This document shows, piece by piece, positions 20,331 to 30,304 of a DNA stretch of 64,000 bases. Location: contig CAVRAY010000001.1 in assembly GCA_963719225.1 (NCBI GenBank), positions 2,912,001-2,976,000 on the forward strand. Reading direction: 5' to 3'. This DNA is from Thermoanaerobaculia bacterium (GTDB lineage Bacteria; Acidobacteriota; Thermoanaerobaculia; UBA5066). Under the pieces are notes generated by a model that ran no database searches, was not told the origin of the DNA, and saw only the letters and a program-made list of their open reading frames with translations. Positions within the stretch are counted from its first letter, which is position 1; every line of letters starts with the position of its first letter. A program made the position numbers and the translations under genes.

Positions 20331-22307
20331 TCACACCGCGGCCCGCACCGGAAGCACGATCGCCTGGACCCCCTCGAACTGGAGTCGGCGCTGGATCGCC
20401 ATTGCGGTCTCGTTGTGGAGGAGGCGGTGGTACCAGTCCTCCTTCTTGAACACGAGCTTGCCGCTGAAGACGACGGAGCGCGGAAACTCCTCGCGCAGCT
20501 GCTTGCAGATCTTCACGACCTCGTCCACGGCTTCCGTCGCAATCGCCATCCGGTAGCCCGCGTTCCAGCCCTTCTCCCGGCACCACGCGACGTATTTCTC
20601 CAGGTTCTGCCGGGTATCCGCCTCGAGGTGGCCCATCTCGTCGCTGCCCTTGAAGTTGCCGGAGTCCACCACGGCCACAGACACGAAAATGAAGTTCTTG
20701 TAGTAGTTCGGGAACAGCATATGGATGCTCAGGATCTGATGGATCCCGTAACCGGAGAAGCGATCCACGGTGAGGACCGCGGTCGGCACCTTGTGGTCGA
20801 GCGCGGCCACGCAGTTGTCCGCGACCGGAACGGGAGCCACCGGCACGAGGACGTCGTCGAGACGCTTGAGGTCCTGTTTCACGCTCTCGTAGTGCCGCCG
20901 GATGAGAAAGCAGACGGCGATCGTCGCGCTCGTCACGAGCGAGGTCATCCAGCCCCCCTCCGCGAACTTCTCGTAGAGCGTGACGCAGAGGATCGTCACG
21001 CACATGACGAGCCCGGTGCCGTGAATCGCGAGAAGGCCCTTCCAGTGTGGCTCCTTGTGCCGCTCCACGATCCAGTGGCGGGACATGCCGAGCTCGGTGA
21101 GCGAGAACGTGATGAAGACGTTGATCGAGTACATGACGACGAGCATCGTGATGGCGCCGCGCGTGTAGAGGAGAGCCGCGATCGCCGCGAGGCCCATCAG
21201 GAAGACGCCGTTCTTCGTGACGAGGCGGTCGGAGAGCTGCGAGAAGCGGTGCGGGACCCACGAGTCGATCGCCATGTTGCCGAGGACGCGCGGCCCGTCC
21301 AGGAACCCTGCCTGGGCCGCGACGACGAGGAGAGCCGCCTCGGACGCGAGGAGGATCAGCACGAAAAGAGTGCCTGCGCCGAAACTGCCGATGTGCCAAT
21401 GTCCGAAGAGCGCGTCGAAGAGTACCCAGTTCATCGTCTTCCCTTCGGCGGGACGCGCGCCAACGAGGAGATAGCCGAACAGGATGCCGCCGGCCGTGAA
21501 GGCGAGCGAGGCGGCCATCATGGCCATGGTCCTTTTTCCGGTCCTGACGCGCGGCTCGCGCAGGATCGAGACGCCGTTCGAGACGGCTTCGATTCCCGTG
21601 TACGTGCCGCCTCCCAGCGAATAGGCCCGAAGGAGGACGAAGGCGAGCGGCCAGAAACCCATGGTCGATACCGACGCGTGGAAGTCGCGAGAGGCGCCCG
21701 CGAAGACGGTCGGAAGACCCGAAGCGTGGGTCGCGAGCGCGTAGAGGATCGAGAAGGCGTGCGTGCCGACGAAGACCAGGAAGATCGGCGCCAGGACCGT
21801 GACCGACTCCTTGACGCCCCGGAGGTTCAGGATGATGAGAAAGACGAGGACGACGATCTCGGCCGGCAGCTTGTAGCGAACCATTCCGGGTTCGAGGAAG
21901 TTCCAGACCTGGTCGCAGGCCGAGGCGATCGATACCGTGATCGTGAGGACGTAGTCGACGAGGAGGGCGCAGCCCGAAACAACACCCACCTTCGGTCCGA
22001 GGAGCTTGGTCGCGACGAGGTACCCGCCCCCTCCTCCCGGGAAGTGCTGAATGAGGTTCGAGTACGCGATGGAGATCACCGCAATCGTGAGGGCCGTCAT
22101 CGCGACGAGGACGATTGCCAGCGAGCGGTGGGTCCCGAGGGCCCGGAAAGCCTCGTCCGGGCCGTACGCAGAGGACGAGAGCCCGTCGGCCCCGAGGCCG
22201 ACCCACGCGAGGAAGGCCACCAGGGATACCCGATGGAAAACGTGCGGATCCTTGACGTCGCGAGGCTTGCCCAGGAGGACCTGGGAGATCTTGCTGGGCT
22301 CGGACAT
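20331..22307 (-). CDS. APC-family permease, KimA/YdaO-like putative K+ importer, copy 1
   Basis: ADGLSSSAYGPDE, PGGGGGY, LLVDYVLT..VSI, NLRGVKES, TGIEAVSNGV, LLHNETA. Confidence 0.88.
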   Translation of the reverse strand: MSEPSKISQVLLGKPRDVKDPHVFHRVSLVAFLAWVGLGADGLSSSAYGPDEAFRALGTHRSLAIVLVAMTALTIAVISIAYSNLIQHFPGGGGGYLVATKLLGPKVGVVSGCALLVDYVLTITVSIASACDQVWNFLEPGMVRYKLPAEIVVLVFLIILNLRGVKESVTVLAPIFLVFVGTHAFSILYALATHASGLPTVFAGASRDFHASVSTMGFWPLAFVLLRAYSLGGGTYTGIEAVSNGVSILREPRVRTGKRTMAMMAASLAFTAGGILFGYLLVGARPAEGKTMNWVLFDALFGHWHIGSFGAGTLFVLILLASEAALLVVAAQAGFLDGPRVLGNMAIDSWVPHRFSQLSDRLVTKNGVFLMGLAAIAALLYTRGAITMLVVMYSINVFITFSLTELGMSRHWIVERHKEPHWKGLLAIHGTGLVMCVTILCVTLYEKFAEGGWMTSLVTSATIAVCFLIRRHYESVKQDLKRLDDVLVPVAPVPVADNCVAALDHKVPTAVLTVDRFSGYGIHQILSIHMLFPNYYKNFIFVSVAVVDSGNFKGSDEMGHLEADTRQNLEKYVAWCREKGWNAGYRMAIATEAVDEVVKICKQLREEFPRSVVFSGKLVFKKEDWYHRLLHNETAMAIQRRLQFEGVQAIVLPVRAAV

Positions 22308-22333
22308 CGCGGGGGCGACTCGCGCCCATGGAA

Positions 22334-22384
22334 AGTCTAGAGATCGGGAAGCCTCGCCAGCGCGACCTTTAGAACTTCTTTAGG
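22334..22384 (-). promoter_or_regulatory. Promoter of permease copy 1 with KdpE-type tandem direct repeat
   Basis: -10 TAGACT (22339-22334); TTTAGA-ACTTC-TTTAGG at 22368-22384 has an 11-bp period like the E. coli KdpE box TTTATA-N5-TTTACA and lies just upstream of the -35 position. Confidence 0.6.
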
Positions 22385-22428
22385 TCTTTCTCCGGACTTC
22401 CTTGGCCGCCGGGTGCGAGGGTTCAAAT

Positions 22429-22839
22429 GTGGAAGAGCACCCGACCCCGCCGCGTTCCCTCGCCTCCTCTCTCGGGCTCCTCGCGACGTCGCTCCTCATC
22501 CTCTGCGGGGGCGCGCTCCTCGCGGTTTCCTTCGAGGGAACGCTCCGACCCGTGCTCGGAATCGCGGGTTTCGCGGTCTTCGTGCTCCTCTCCGCACGGG
22601 CACTGCGCGAGCTCGTTCTTCGGGGAGCGCTGATCGACGGGCCGCCGGGGCCCGCCGGCGAGCCCCTCCACGCATGGAGCGCGCTCCGGGTGCAGAGCCG
22701 CTCTACACCGCGGCGCGGACCGGCAGGACGATCGCCTGCACACCCTCGAACTGGAGCTTCCGCTGAATCGACATCGCCGTCTCGTTATGCAGAAGGCGGT
22801 GGTACCACTCCTCCTTCTCGAAGACGAGCTTCCCGCTGA
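22429..22839 (+). CDS. Possible small 2-TM membrane protein
   Basis: Two clear hydrophobic helices with coding-like codons fill the gap between the permeases; 3' end overlaps the convergent gene by ~137 nt. Confidence 0.4.
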   Translation: MEEHPTPPRSLASSLGLLATSLLILCGGALLAVSFEGTLRPVLGIAGFAVFVLLSARALRELVLRGALIDGPPGPAGEPLHAWSALRVQSRSTPRRGPAGRSPAHPRTGASAESTSPSRYAEGGGTTPPSRRRASR

Positions 22840-24679
22840 ACACGACCGATCGCGGGAACTCCTGGCGCAGCTCCTTGCAGATCTCGACGACCTTCTCGAC
22901 GGCTTCGGTCCCGATTGCGAGCTTGTATCCCGCGTTCCATCCCTGAGCGCGGCACCACGCGACGTATTTCTCCAGGTTCTCCCGGGCGTTCGCCTCGAGG
23001 TGCCCCATCTCGTCGCTTCCCTTGAAGTTGCCGGAGTCGACGACGGCCACCGACACGAAGACGAAGTTCTTGTAGTAGTTCGGGAACAGCGTGTGGATGC
23101 TCAGGATCTGGTGGATCCCGTAGCCTGAAAACCGGTCTACCGTGAGGATCGCGGTCGGCAGCTTGTGGTCCAGCTGTTCGAGGGCGTTCTCCGCGACCGG
23201 GACGGGCTGGACGGGCACGAGGACGTCGTCGAGACGCTTGAGGTCCCGCTGCACGCTCTCGTAGTGCCGCCGGATGAGGATGCAGATGAGGATCGTCACG
23301 CTCGTCACGAGCGTCGTCATCCAGCCCCCGTCCGCAAACTTCTCGTAGAGGGTGATGCAGAGAATCGTCACGCACATCACGAGTCCGGTGCTGTGGATCG
23401 CAAGCTGCTGCTTCCAGCCCGGCGTCCGGCGCTCCAGGATCCAATGACGCGTCATGCCGAGCTCGGTCAGCGAGAACGTGATGAAGACGTTGATCGAATA
23501 CATCACGACGAGCATCGTGATGTTGCCGCGCGTGTAGAGGAGCGCCGCGATCGCCGCGATGCCCATCAGGAAGACGCCGTTCTTGAAGACGAGACGGTCG
23601 GAAAGCTGCGAGAAGCGGTGCGGCACCCACGAGTCGATAGCCATGTTTCCGAGGACGCGCGGCCCGCCGAGCAGTCCCGCCTGGGCCGCCACGAAGAGGA
23701 GAGCCGCCTCCGCGAGAAGGAGAGTGAGAATGATCGCGGTCCCGATTGCGAGGCCTCCGATCTTCCAGTGTCCGAAGAGCGCGTCGAAGAGGACGAAGTT
23801 CATCGTCTTTCCCGGGTGCTCCCGCGCGCCGACGAGGAGATAGCCGAAGAGAATGCCTCCGGCGGTGAAGGCCAGCGATACGGCCATGAGCAGCATCGTC
23901 TTCTTCCCGGTCTTCACGCGCGGCTCGCGCAGCATCGTGACGCCGTTCGAAACCGCCTCGATGCCCGTGTACGTGCCACCTCCCAGCGAATAGGCCCTGA
24001 GGAGGATGAGCGCGAGCGGCCAGAAGCCCATCGTCGCCTTTGCGGAACGGTAATCCCCTGCCGCGCTCGTGAACACCGTCGGGAGCTCGGGCGCGTGGGC
24101 GCCGAAGGAATAGAGGATCGCGAACGCGTGCATCCCGATGAAGACGAGGAAGATCGGCACGAGGAACGTGACCGACTCCTTGACGCCCCTGAGGTTCAGG
24201 ACGACGAGGAAGACGAGGACGACGACCTCGGTCGACAGCTTGTACCGGATCATCCCGGGTCCGAGAAAGTTCCAGATCTGGTCGCACGCCGATGCGATGG
24301 ACACCGTGATCGTGAGGACATAATCCACGAGGAGGGCGCAGCCCGAGACGACGCCGGCTTTCCGTCCGAGGAGCTTCGTCGCGACGAGGTACCCGCCGCC
24401 GCCGCCTGGGAAGATCTCGATGACGTTCGCGTAGGCGGTGGAAATGACGGCGACCGTGATCGCGGTCATCGCGACGAGGATGATCGCGAGCGAATGGTGG
24501 CTGCCGAGCGCGCGGAACGCCTCGTCGGGCCCGTATGCCGACGAAGAGAGGCCGTCGGCACCCAGGCCCACCCATGCGAGAAACGCGACGAGCGAAATCC
24601 GGTGGAAGATCTTCGGATCGTTGACGTCCCGGGGCTTCCCCAGGACGAGGCGAGTCAGCGAGTTGCGTTCGGGTGACAA
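22703..24679 (-). CDS. APC-family permease, KimA/YdaO-like putative K+ importer, copy 2
   Basis: 658 aa, colinear with and highly similar to copy 1; same motifs. Confidence 0.88.
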   Translation of the reverse strand: MSPERNSLTRLVLGKPRDVNDPKIFHRISLVAFLAWVGLGADGLSSSAYGPDEAFRALGSHHSLAIILVAMTAITVAVISTAYANVIEIFPGGGGGYLVATKLLGRKAGVVSGCALLVDYVLTITVSIASACDQIWNFLGPGMIRYKLSTEVVVLVFLVVLNLRGVKESVTFLVPIFLVFIGMHAFAILYSFGAHAPELPTVFTSAAGDYRSAKATMGFWPLALILLRAYSLGGGTYTGIEAVSNGVTMLREPRVKTGKKTMLLMAVSLAFTAGGILFGYLLVGAREHPGKTMNFVLFDALFGHWKIGGLAIGTAIILTLLLAEAALLFVAAQAGLLGGPRVLGNMAIDSWVPHRFSQLSDRLVFKNGVFLMGIAAIAALLYTRGNITMLVVMYSINVFITFSLTELGMTRHWILERRTPGWKQQLAIHSTGLVMCVTILCITLYEKFADGGWMTTLVTSVTILICILIRRHYESVQRDLKRLDDVLVPVQPVPVAENALEQLDHKLPTAILTVDRFSGYGIHQILSIHTLFPNYYKNFVFVSVAVVDSGNFKGSDEMGHLEANARENLEKYVAWCRAQGWNAGYKLAIGTEAVEKVVEICKELRQEFPRSVVFSGKLVFEKEEWYHRLLHNETAMSIQRKLQFEGVQAIVLPVRAAV

Positions 24680-24794
24680 CTCACTTCACCTATCTGCGCG
24701 CGAGCACCGCGGGAGTTTAGTCTGAAAGCTTGATTTCCCGGTGTTCCCTGACTTAGGTTGGTCCCCGGGCGAACTCACCGGAAAGGAGTCGACT

Positions 24795-25241
24795 ATGGCC
24801 CTTACCGTCAAGAAGATCACGCTCTGGCGCCGTGAGTCCGGGGATCATCCCGGCCTCATGGCGGAAACGCTCAGGCCGCTCGCCGGGTACGGATTCAGCC
24901 TGAAGGTCGCGATGGGATACAGGCAACCCGGGGGCAGTACCGCCGTCATCGAGGTGTCGCCGGTCATCGGAAAGAAGGCCGTCGCCGCCGCGGATTCGGT
25001 GGGCCTCGGGGCCTCCAGAATCCCGACGCTTCTCGTCGAAGGAGACGACCGGCCGGGCCTCGGATACGCGCTCGCGCGCGGAATCGCGGACGCCGGGATC
25101 AACCTCGACTTCCTGATGGCGCAGGTCGTCGGCCGGAAGTTCTCGGCGGTCTTCGGCTTCGCGAACGAGGCCGACGCGAAGGCAGCGACGCGCCTCATCA
25201 AGAAGGCGGCACGCCCGGCAAAGAAAAAGAAGAGGAAGTAG
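24795..25241 (+). CDS. Tandem ACT-domain protein
   Basis: D.PG motifs twice (DHPG, DRPG), IADAGINL; AAGGAG RBS. Confidence 0.75.
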   Translation: MALTVKKITLWRRESGDHPGLMAETLRPLAGYGFSLKVAMGYRQPGGSTAVIEVSPVIGKKAVAAADSVGLGASRIPTLLVEGDDRPGLGYALARGIADAGINLDFLMAQVVGRKFSAVFGFANEADAKAATRLIKKAARPAKKKKRK

Positions 25242-25290
25242 CTCAGAAGAGAAACGATCCTCGTTCCTGTATATCCTGCGATCGATCAGG

Positions 25291-25989
25291 ATGAAGGAAG
25301 CTCTCGTTCTCGTCTTTGCCGCCGCGAGCCTGACGGACGCCTTGACGGCAATCGGGGCGGCCTGGGAGAAGGGCGGGGGCGGGAAGATCGCATTCAACTT
25401 CGCGTCCTCCAGCACGCTCGCCCGGCAGATCCGCGAAGGGGCCCCGGCGGATCTCTTCCTCTCGGCGGACGAGGACCAGATGGATGCGCTCGAGGAGGCC
25501 GGGCTCGTCGCGCCCGGAACCCGAAGGAGTGTTCTTTCGAACGCGCTCGTCGTCATCGTGCCGGAAGAGAGCCGGACGGAGATTTCCTCTGCAAGGGATC
25601 TGGCCGACGCGCGTGTCCGCCGCCTCGCTCTCGCGGAGCCGCACAGCGTGCCGGTGGGCGTCTATTCGAAGAAATTCTTCGAAAGCAGCGGACTCTGGTC
25701 CTCCGTCGCCGGCAAGGTGATCCCCACCGAGAACGCCCGCGCGACTCTGGCTGCCGTGGAGTCGGGCAACGTCGACGCGGGGGTCGTCTACCGCACGGAT
25801 GCCCTGATCTCCAGGAGGGTGCGGATCGCCTTCGAGGTCCCGGCGGCGTCCGGTCCCGCAATCTCGTATCCGTTCGCGCTCGTCCAGGGGGCGCCGCGCG
25901 AAAAGGAGGCGCGGAGATTCCTCGCGTATCTCGGCTCAGCCGCTGCCCGCGAGCTCTTCGTCCGTTACGGCTTCCTCGTGAAGAACTGA
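25291..25989 (+). CDS. modA: Molybdate ABC transporter substrate-binding protein
   Basis: VFAAASL, FASSSTLARQI..GAPADLFLSA, VPVG.Y, DAGVVY.TDA. Confidence 0.93.
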   Translation: MKEALVLVFAAASLTDALTAIGAAWEKGGGGKIAFNFASSSTLARQIREGAPADLFLSADEDQMDALEEAGLVAPGTRRSVLSNALVVIVPEESRTEISSARDLADARVRRLALAEPHSVPVGVYSKKFFESSGLWSSVAGKVIPTENARATLAAVESGNVDAGVVYRTDALISRRVRIAFEVPAASGPAISYPFALVQGAPREKEARRFLAYLGSAAARELFVRYGFLVKN

Positions 25990-25990
25990 C

Positions 25991-26668
25991 GTGTCCGAGC
26001 TCGCGGTGGACCTCCCGGTCGTCTGGTTCACGATGCGCGTGGCGGCACTGGCCGTCCTCCTCCTCGCTCCTTTCGGGCTCGCCCTCGCGCTGCTGCTCGC
26101 GCGGCGGCGCTTTCCGGGGAAAGCCCTCCTCGAGACGATCGTCTCTCTTCCGCTCGTCCTCCCTCCCGTCGCCACGGGACTCCTTCTGCTGAAGTTCCTG
26201 GGGCGCCGCGGCCCCGGCGGGCGCGCCGCACACGTCCTGTTCGGCGTGGACGTCGTGTTCACGTGGAAAGCCGTGGTCGTCGCGATGATGGTGATGTCTC
26301 TCCCCCTCCTCGTGCGCACGGCGCGCGTCGCCTTCGAGGAGGTGAACCCGCGCCTCGAAGCGGTCGCCCGGACGCTCGGGGCGAGCGAGGCGCGCCTCCT
26401 CTCGACGGTCACGTTTCCGCTCGCGTCCCGTGGCATCGCCGCGGGCCTCCTCCTCGCCTTCGCGCGCGCCCTCGGCGAGTTCGGCGCCACGATCCTCGTC
26501 GCCGGGAACATTCCGGGCCGCACGACGACGATCGCGACCGCGATCTACAACGACGTGCAGACGGGCGCGGACTCTCGCGCGTACGGCCTCCTCGCCGTCT
26601 CGGCGGCGCTCGCGTTCGGCGCGATCTTTCTCTCCGAGGCCTGGTTGAAGCGGCGGACGAACGCGTGA
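25991..26668 (+). CDS. modB: Molybdate ABC transporter permease
   Basis: LPLVLPPVATG, ARTLGAS, FARALGEFGAT...AGNIPG.T. Confidence 0.95.
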   Translation: MSELAVDLPVVWFTMRVAALAVLLLAPFGLALALLLARRRFPGKALLETIVSLPLVLPPVATGLLLLKFLGRRGPGGRAAHVLFGVDVVFTWKAVVVAMMVMSLPLLVRTARVAFEEVNPRLEAVARTLGASEARLLSTVTFPLASRGIAAGLLLAFARALGEFGATILVAGNIPGRTTTIATAIYNDVQTGADSRAYGLLAVSAALAFGAIFLSEAWLKRRTNA

Positions 26669-27372
26669 CTCTGTCCCTGGAAGGCGTCCGTCTGCCGCTC
26701 ACTCCTTTCGCGGTCGAGCTCGACGCCGTGCTGAGCGCCCACGTCACGGCCATCTTCGGACCGTCCGGCGCCGGCAAGACGTCACTCCTCGAGGCCGTCG
26801 CGGGCCTGAGGCATCCGGAGAGAGGGCGCATCGTCCTCTCGGGCCGCGTGCTCGACGACGCGGCCGCGGGAATCCGGGTTCCCCCGCGTCAGCGGGCCGT
26901 CGGCTACGTCACGCAGGACGATTCGCTGTTCCCCCATCTCTCCGTCGCCCGCAACCTCCGCTACGGGACGGGACGCGGCGCGCGCAAGGCTTTTCTCGGG
27001 GAGGATCGAATCGTCGAGACGCTGGGCCTTGCGTCTCTTCTCGACAGAAGTCCGTCGACGCTCTCCGGTGGTGAGAGGCGGCGCGTCGCTCTCGGCCGGG
27101 CCCTCCTGTCAGCGCCGGAGATCCTGCTTCTCGACGAGCCGCTCTCCGGTCTCGACCGTCCGCTCAAGGAGAGGGTCCTCGGGCACCTCCTGAAGATCAA
27201 GGCGGCCTTTCCGCTGCCGATCCTCTACGTCACGCACGAGGCTGGGGAAGTGGCCGCCCTCGCGGACGAGGTCGTCGTCCTCGCCGCCGGGCGGCTCGTC
27301 GCGCGTGGCTCTCCCGCGGACGTGCTGCGGGACGGCACTCCGGCTTTCGGCGACGTACCCATGACCGGCTGA
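26665..27372 (+). CDS. modC: Molybdate ABC transporter ATPase
   Basis: GPSGAGKT, LSGGE, LLLDEP, YVTH; GTGA overlap with modB. Confidence 0.92.
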   Translation: MTLSLEGVRLPLTPFAVELDAVLSAHVTAIFGPSGAGKTSLLEAVAGLRHPERGRIVLSGRVLDDAAAGIRVPPRQRAVGYVTQDDSLFPHLSVARNLRYGTGRGARKAFLGEDRIVETLGLASLLDRSPSTLSGGERRRVALGRALLSAPEILLLDEPLSGLDRPLKERVLGHLLKIKAAFPLPILYVTHEAGEVAALADEVVVLAAGRLVARGSPADVLRDGTPAFGDVPMTG

Positions 27373-27385
27373 AGATCTGCATGAC

Positions 27386-27434
27386 TTGACGTCCGTGCGG
27401 TCGTTCGCTACATTGCGATTGAGACTGAGTCGCA
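27386..27434 (+). promoter_or_regulatory. Sigma70 promoter plus Fur-like 7-1-7 operator
   Basis: TTGACG-17bp-TACATT; TGAGACT-G-AGTCGCA inverted repeat (27420-27434) overlaps the predicted TSS and abuts the ATG. Confidence 0.65.
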
Positions 27435-28414
27435 TGAGCAACGAGACGATCGTCCGCCACCTCGCGGCCATGGGCACCGCCCTTGCCCTGACGGTGTCGG
27501 CCCCGACGCGCGACACGGCGCTCGCCGCAAGCGAGGCGGGCGTGAGGGAAATCGAGCGGATCGAGGCGCTCCTCTCCACCTGGCGCGACGACACTCCCCT
27601 CGCCCGGCTGAACGCCGCCGCGCCCGGGACGGCGGTCGAGTTGCCGCCGGAGCTTTTCGCGCTGCTGAAAAGAGTCTTCGAATGGAGAGAGAGAACCGTC
27701 GGCGCGTTCGACCCGACGGTAGCGCCTCTCGTGAGGGCATGGGGGCTTCGCGGCGGGGGGCGCATTCCGGGCTTCGCGGAGCTGCGCGCCGCGCGCCGGG
27801 TCACCGGCCCTTCCCTCTTCTCATTCGAAGAATCCTCTTCGTCCATCTCGCGGCGCGACTCCGCCGCCGGCATCGACGAGGGCGCCTGGGGCAAGGGCTG
27901 GGCGCTCGACAGGGCGGCCGCCGCAATGCGTGACGCGGGTGCGGTCGCGGGAGTCGTGGACCTCGGCGGGCAGATTCTCTCGTTCGGGGAAGAGACGCCC
28001 ATCAGCGTCGCGTCTCCTGTCGACCGGAACCGAACCGTCGCCAGGCTGCTTTTGAAGGACTCCTCCGCGTCGACGTCGGGAAACTCCGAGCGCGGCCTCG
28101 CCTTGAACGGCCGGCGCATCGGCCACCTCCTGGATCCGCGCACCGGCGAGCCCGCGCCCGCTTTCGGCTCGGTGACCGTCGTCGCGCCAACGGGTTTCGT
28201 CGCGGACGTCCTTTCGACGGCGTTCTTCGTGCTGGGACCGAAAGACGGTTTGGTGCTCTCGGAGCGCCTTCGGGCGGCAGGCGTCGCTCATGAAACGCTG
28301 TTTTTCTTGGAAGGTGAAGAGGGGAAACGGCTGCGGGTCTCCGCGCGTAGCCCGCGCACCGGACCTTTTCCTCTTACCCATTCTAAGAAATCTTCCGAAG
28401 GAGTCCACCCATGA
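27434..28414 (+). CDS. apbE: FAD:protein FMN transferase
   Basis: MGT, GAFDPTV.PL..AWG, D.GAWGKGWALD, DLGG, STSG..ER, HLLDPRTG.P, AD.LSTA. Confidence 0.92.
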   Translation: MSNETIVRHLAAMGTALALTVSAPTRDTALAASEAGVREIERIEALLSTWRDDTPLARLNAAAPGTAVELPPELFALLKRVFEWRERTVGAFDPTVAPLVRAWGLRGGGRIPGFAELRAARRVTGPSLFSFEESSSSISRRDSAAGIDEGAWGKGWALDRAAAAMRDAGAVAGVVDLGGQILSFGEETPISVASPVDRNRTVARLLLKDSSASTSGNSERGLALNGRRIGHLLDPRTGEPAPAFGSVTVVAPTGFVADVLSTAFFVLGPKDGLVLSERLRAAGVAHETLFFLEGEEGKRLRVSARSPRTGPFPLTHSKKSSEGVHP

Positions 28415-29778
28415 ACAAACGTTCCTCGACGCGCTTCCGAGGTGCTGCCGCGATCGGCCTCTTTTTCTTTCTAAGCAGTCTTCTCTCCTCCCCCGCCATA
28501 TGCGACGAGCCCCCCCCGAAGGCCGAGGAGGAGCGCGAGCAGCGCCTGAAGGATCTCGAGGGAAAGGTCGACGTCCTCACGAAGGAGATCGAGGCCTTGC
28601 GTCTCGGCGAAGCGCCCGCCGTCCCGGCCGGCGCTCTGGCCACCCCGACGCCCGAAGCGTCCGCGTCGCGCTTCGGCCTCGGGCCTGCCGCGTCGCGCGT
28701 CTACTCGAGGAAAGGCGTCTCGATCGGCGGGTACGGGGAGGTCCTTTACCAGCGCTTCGCCGCGTCGAAGCAGGATGGATCGCCATCCGGCGTTTCGGAC
28801 ACGATCGACCTCTCCCGCGCCGTCCTCTACTTCGGCTACAAATTCGACGACCACTTCGTCTTCAACTCCGAGGTCGAGTACGAGCATGCCGTGGCCGCGT
28901 CCGACAAGGAAGGCGAGGTCGAAGTCGAGTTCGCTTACGTCGACTGGCTCAGCAGCTCGCGCGCCCTCCGCGCGCGGGCGGGCCTCATCCTGGTCCCGAT
29001 GGGTTTTCTCGACGAGCTGCACGAGCCGCCGACTTTCTTCGGCGCGCGCCGCAACGACGTCGAGACGCTGATCCTTCCGACGACCTGGCGCGAGCTCGGC
29101 CTCGGCGCCTACGGCGAGGCGGGACCTCTCGCCTACCGCCTCTTCCTCCTGAACGGTCTCAGCTCCGAGGGCTACACGGCCGAGGGCATCCGGGAGGGCC
29201 GGCAGGAAGGCTCGCTCGCGAAGGCACGCGACTTCGCCCTCACGGGCCGTCTCGATTTCGTCGGGACGAACGGCCTCGTTGCCGGCGCCTCGTTCTTCGC
29301 CGGCTGCTCGGGCCAGGGCCGGACGACGGCCTCCGGCGAGAACATCTGCGGCCAGACGACGGTGTGGGACGTCCATGCCGATTTCCGGTGGCGCGGGCTC
29401 TCGTTGCGGGCGATCGTCGCCGGTTCGACCATCTCGGACACCGCCGCCATCAACGAGCTGAACGGCCTCTCGGGCGACGAGGGAGTCGGAAGCCGGCAGC
29501 GAGGCTGGTACGGCGAGGCCGGGTTCGACGTTCTCGCTCTCGTTCCGCGCACGAAGCTCTCGCTCTCGCCGTTCGTGAGGTACGAGGAGTGGGACACACA
29601 GGCTTCCGTGGCGGACGGCTTCGAGCGGAACCCCGAGAACGACGTCACGCAGTGGACGGCGGGCGTCGTCTTCAAGCCCATTCCGCAGGTCGTGCTTAAA
29701 CTCGACGGTCAGTGGCGCCGCAACGCGGCGCGAACCGGCGTGAACCAGGTGAACATCGCATTGGGATATGAATTCTAA
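28411..29778 (+). CDS. Outer-membrane porin-like beta-barrel with N-terminal coiled coil
   Basis: Signal peptide, coiled coil, IGGYGE, R.VLYFGYKF, SEVEYEH, EVEFAYVD, HEP.TF, PTTWRELG; terminal Phe (LGYEF). Confidence 0.85.
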   Translation: MNKRSSTRFRGAAAIGLFFFLSSLLSSPAICDEPPPKAEEEREQRLKDLEGKVDVLTKEIEALRLGEAPAVPAGALATPTPEASASRFGLGPAASRVYSRKGVSIGGYGEVLYQRFAASKQDGSPSGVSDTIDLSRAVLYFGYKFDDHFVFNSEVEYEHAVAASDKEGEVEVEFAYVDWLSSSRALRARAGLILVPMGFLDELHEPPTFFGARRNDVETLILPTTWRELGLGAYGEAGPLAYRLFLLNGLSSEGYTAEGIREGRQEGSLAKARDFALTGRLDFVGTNGLVAGASFFAGCSGQGRTTASGENICGQTTVWDVHADFRWRGLSLRAIVAGSTISDTAAINELNGLSGDEGVGSRQRGWYGEAGFDVLALVPRTKLSLSPFVRYEEWDTQASVADGFERNPENDVTQWTAGVVFKPIPQVVLKLDGQWRRNAARTGVNQVNIALGYEF

Positions 29779-30304
29779 AGTCTTCCTCCTCCTTCTTCTC
29801 TCCTCTTGCTCACTTTCCCTCGCCAAGAGCTTCCTGACGCAGGAGGAGGCGCTGCGGCTCGCGTTCCCGAAGGGCGCGGTCGTGACGCGGAAGACCGTGT
29901 TTCTCTCGGAGGCCGATCGCGCGGACGTCGCGCGCCGTTCGGGCGGTGCTCCCCCGCCGCGCCTCGTCATTTATTACACGGCGACCGTCGAGGGGCGCGC
30001 AGCCGGGACCGCCTACTTCGACACGCACGTGGTGCGGACGCTGCCCGAAACGATTCTCGTGGCCGTGGATCCGAAAGGCGCGATCGCGCGGATCGAGGTC
30101 TTCTCCTTCTCCGAGCCCGAGGAGTACATGCCGCGCGAGGCGTGGTACGGCCAGTTTGCGGGGAGGACGCTGGGCGAGGAGCTTTCCGAGAGAAAGGGCA
30201 TCAGGCCCGTCACGGGCGCGACCATCACGGTGCGCGTCACCGTCGAGGCGGCGCGCCGCGTCCTCGCGCTGGACGCTTTCCTCGAGGAGAAGGGTCGGAA
30301 GTGA
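29768..30304 (+). CDS. Periplasmic FMN-binding (flavinylated) protein
   Basis: Signal peptide; W..QF.G; flavinylation motif VTGATIT. Confidence 0.85.
   Translation: MNSKVFLLLLLSSCSLSLAKSFLTQEEALRLAFPKGAVVTRKTVFLSEADRADVARRSGGAPPPRLVIYYTATVEGRAAGTAYFDTHVVRTLPETILVAVDPKGAIARIEVFSFSEPEEYMPREAWYGQFAGRTLGEELSERKGIRPVTGATITVRVTVEAARRVLALDAFLEEKGRK

Noticed and set aside
24680-24794. c-di-AMP (ydaO) riboswitch expected upstream of KimA-like genes
   Set aside because: The intergenic regions are short, hold divergent promoters, and show no recognisable aptamer.
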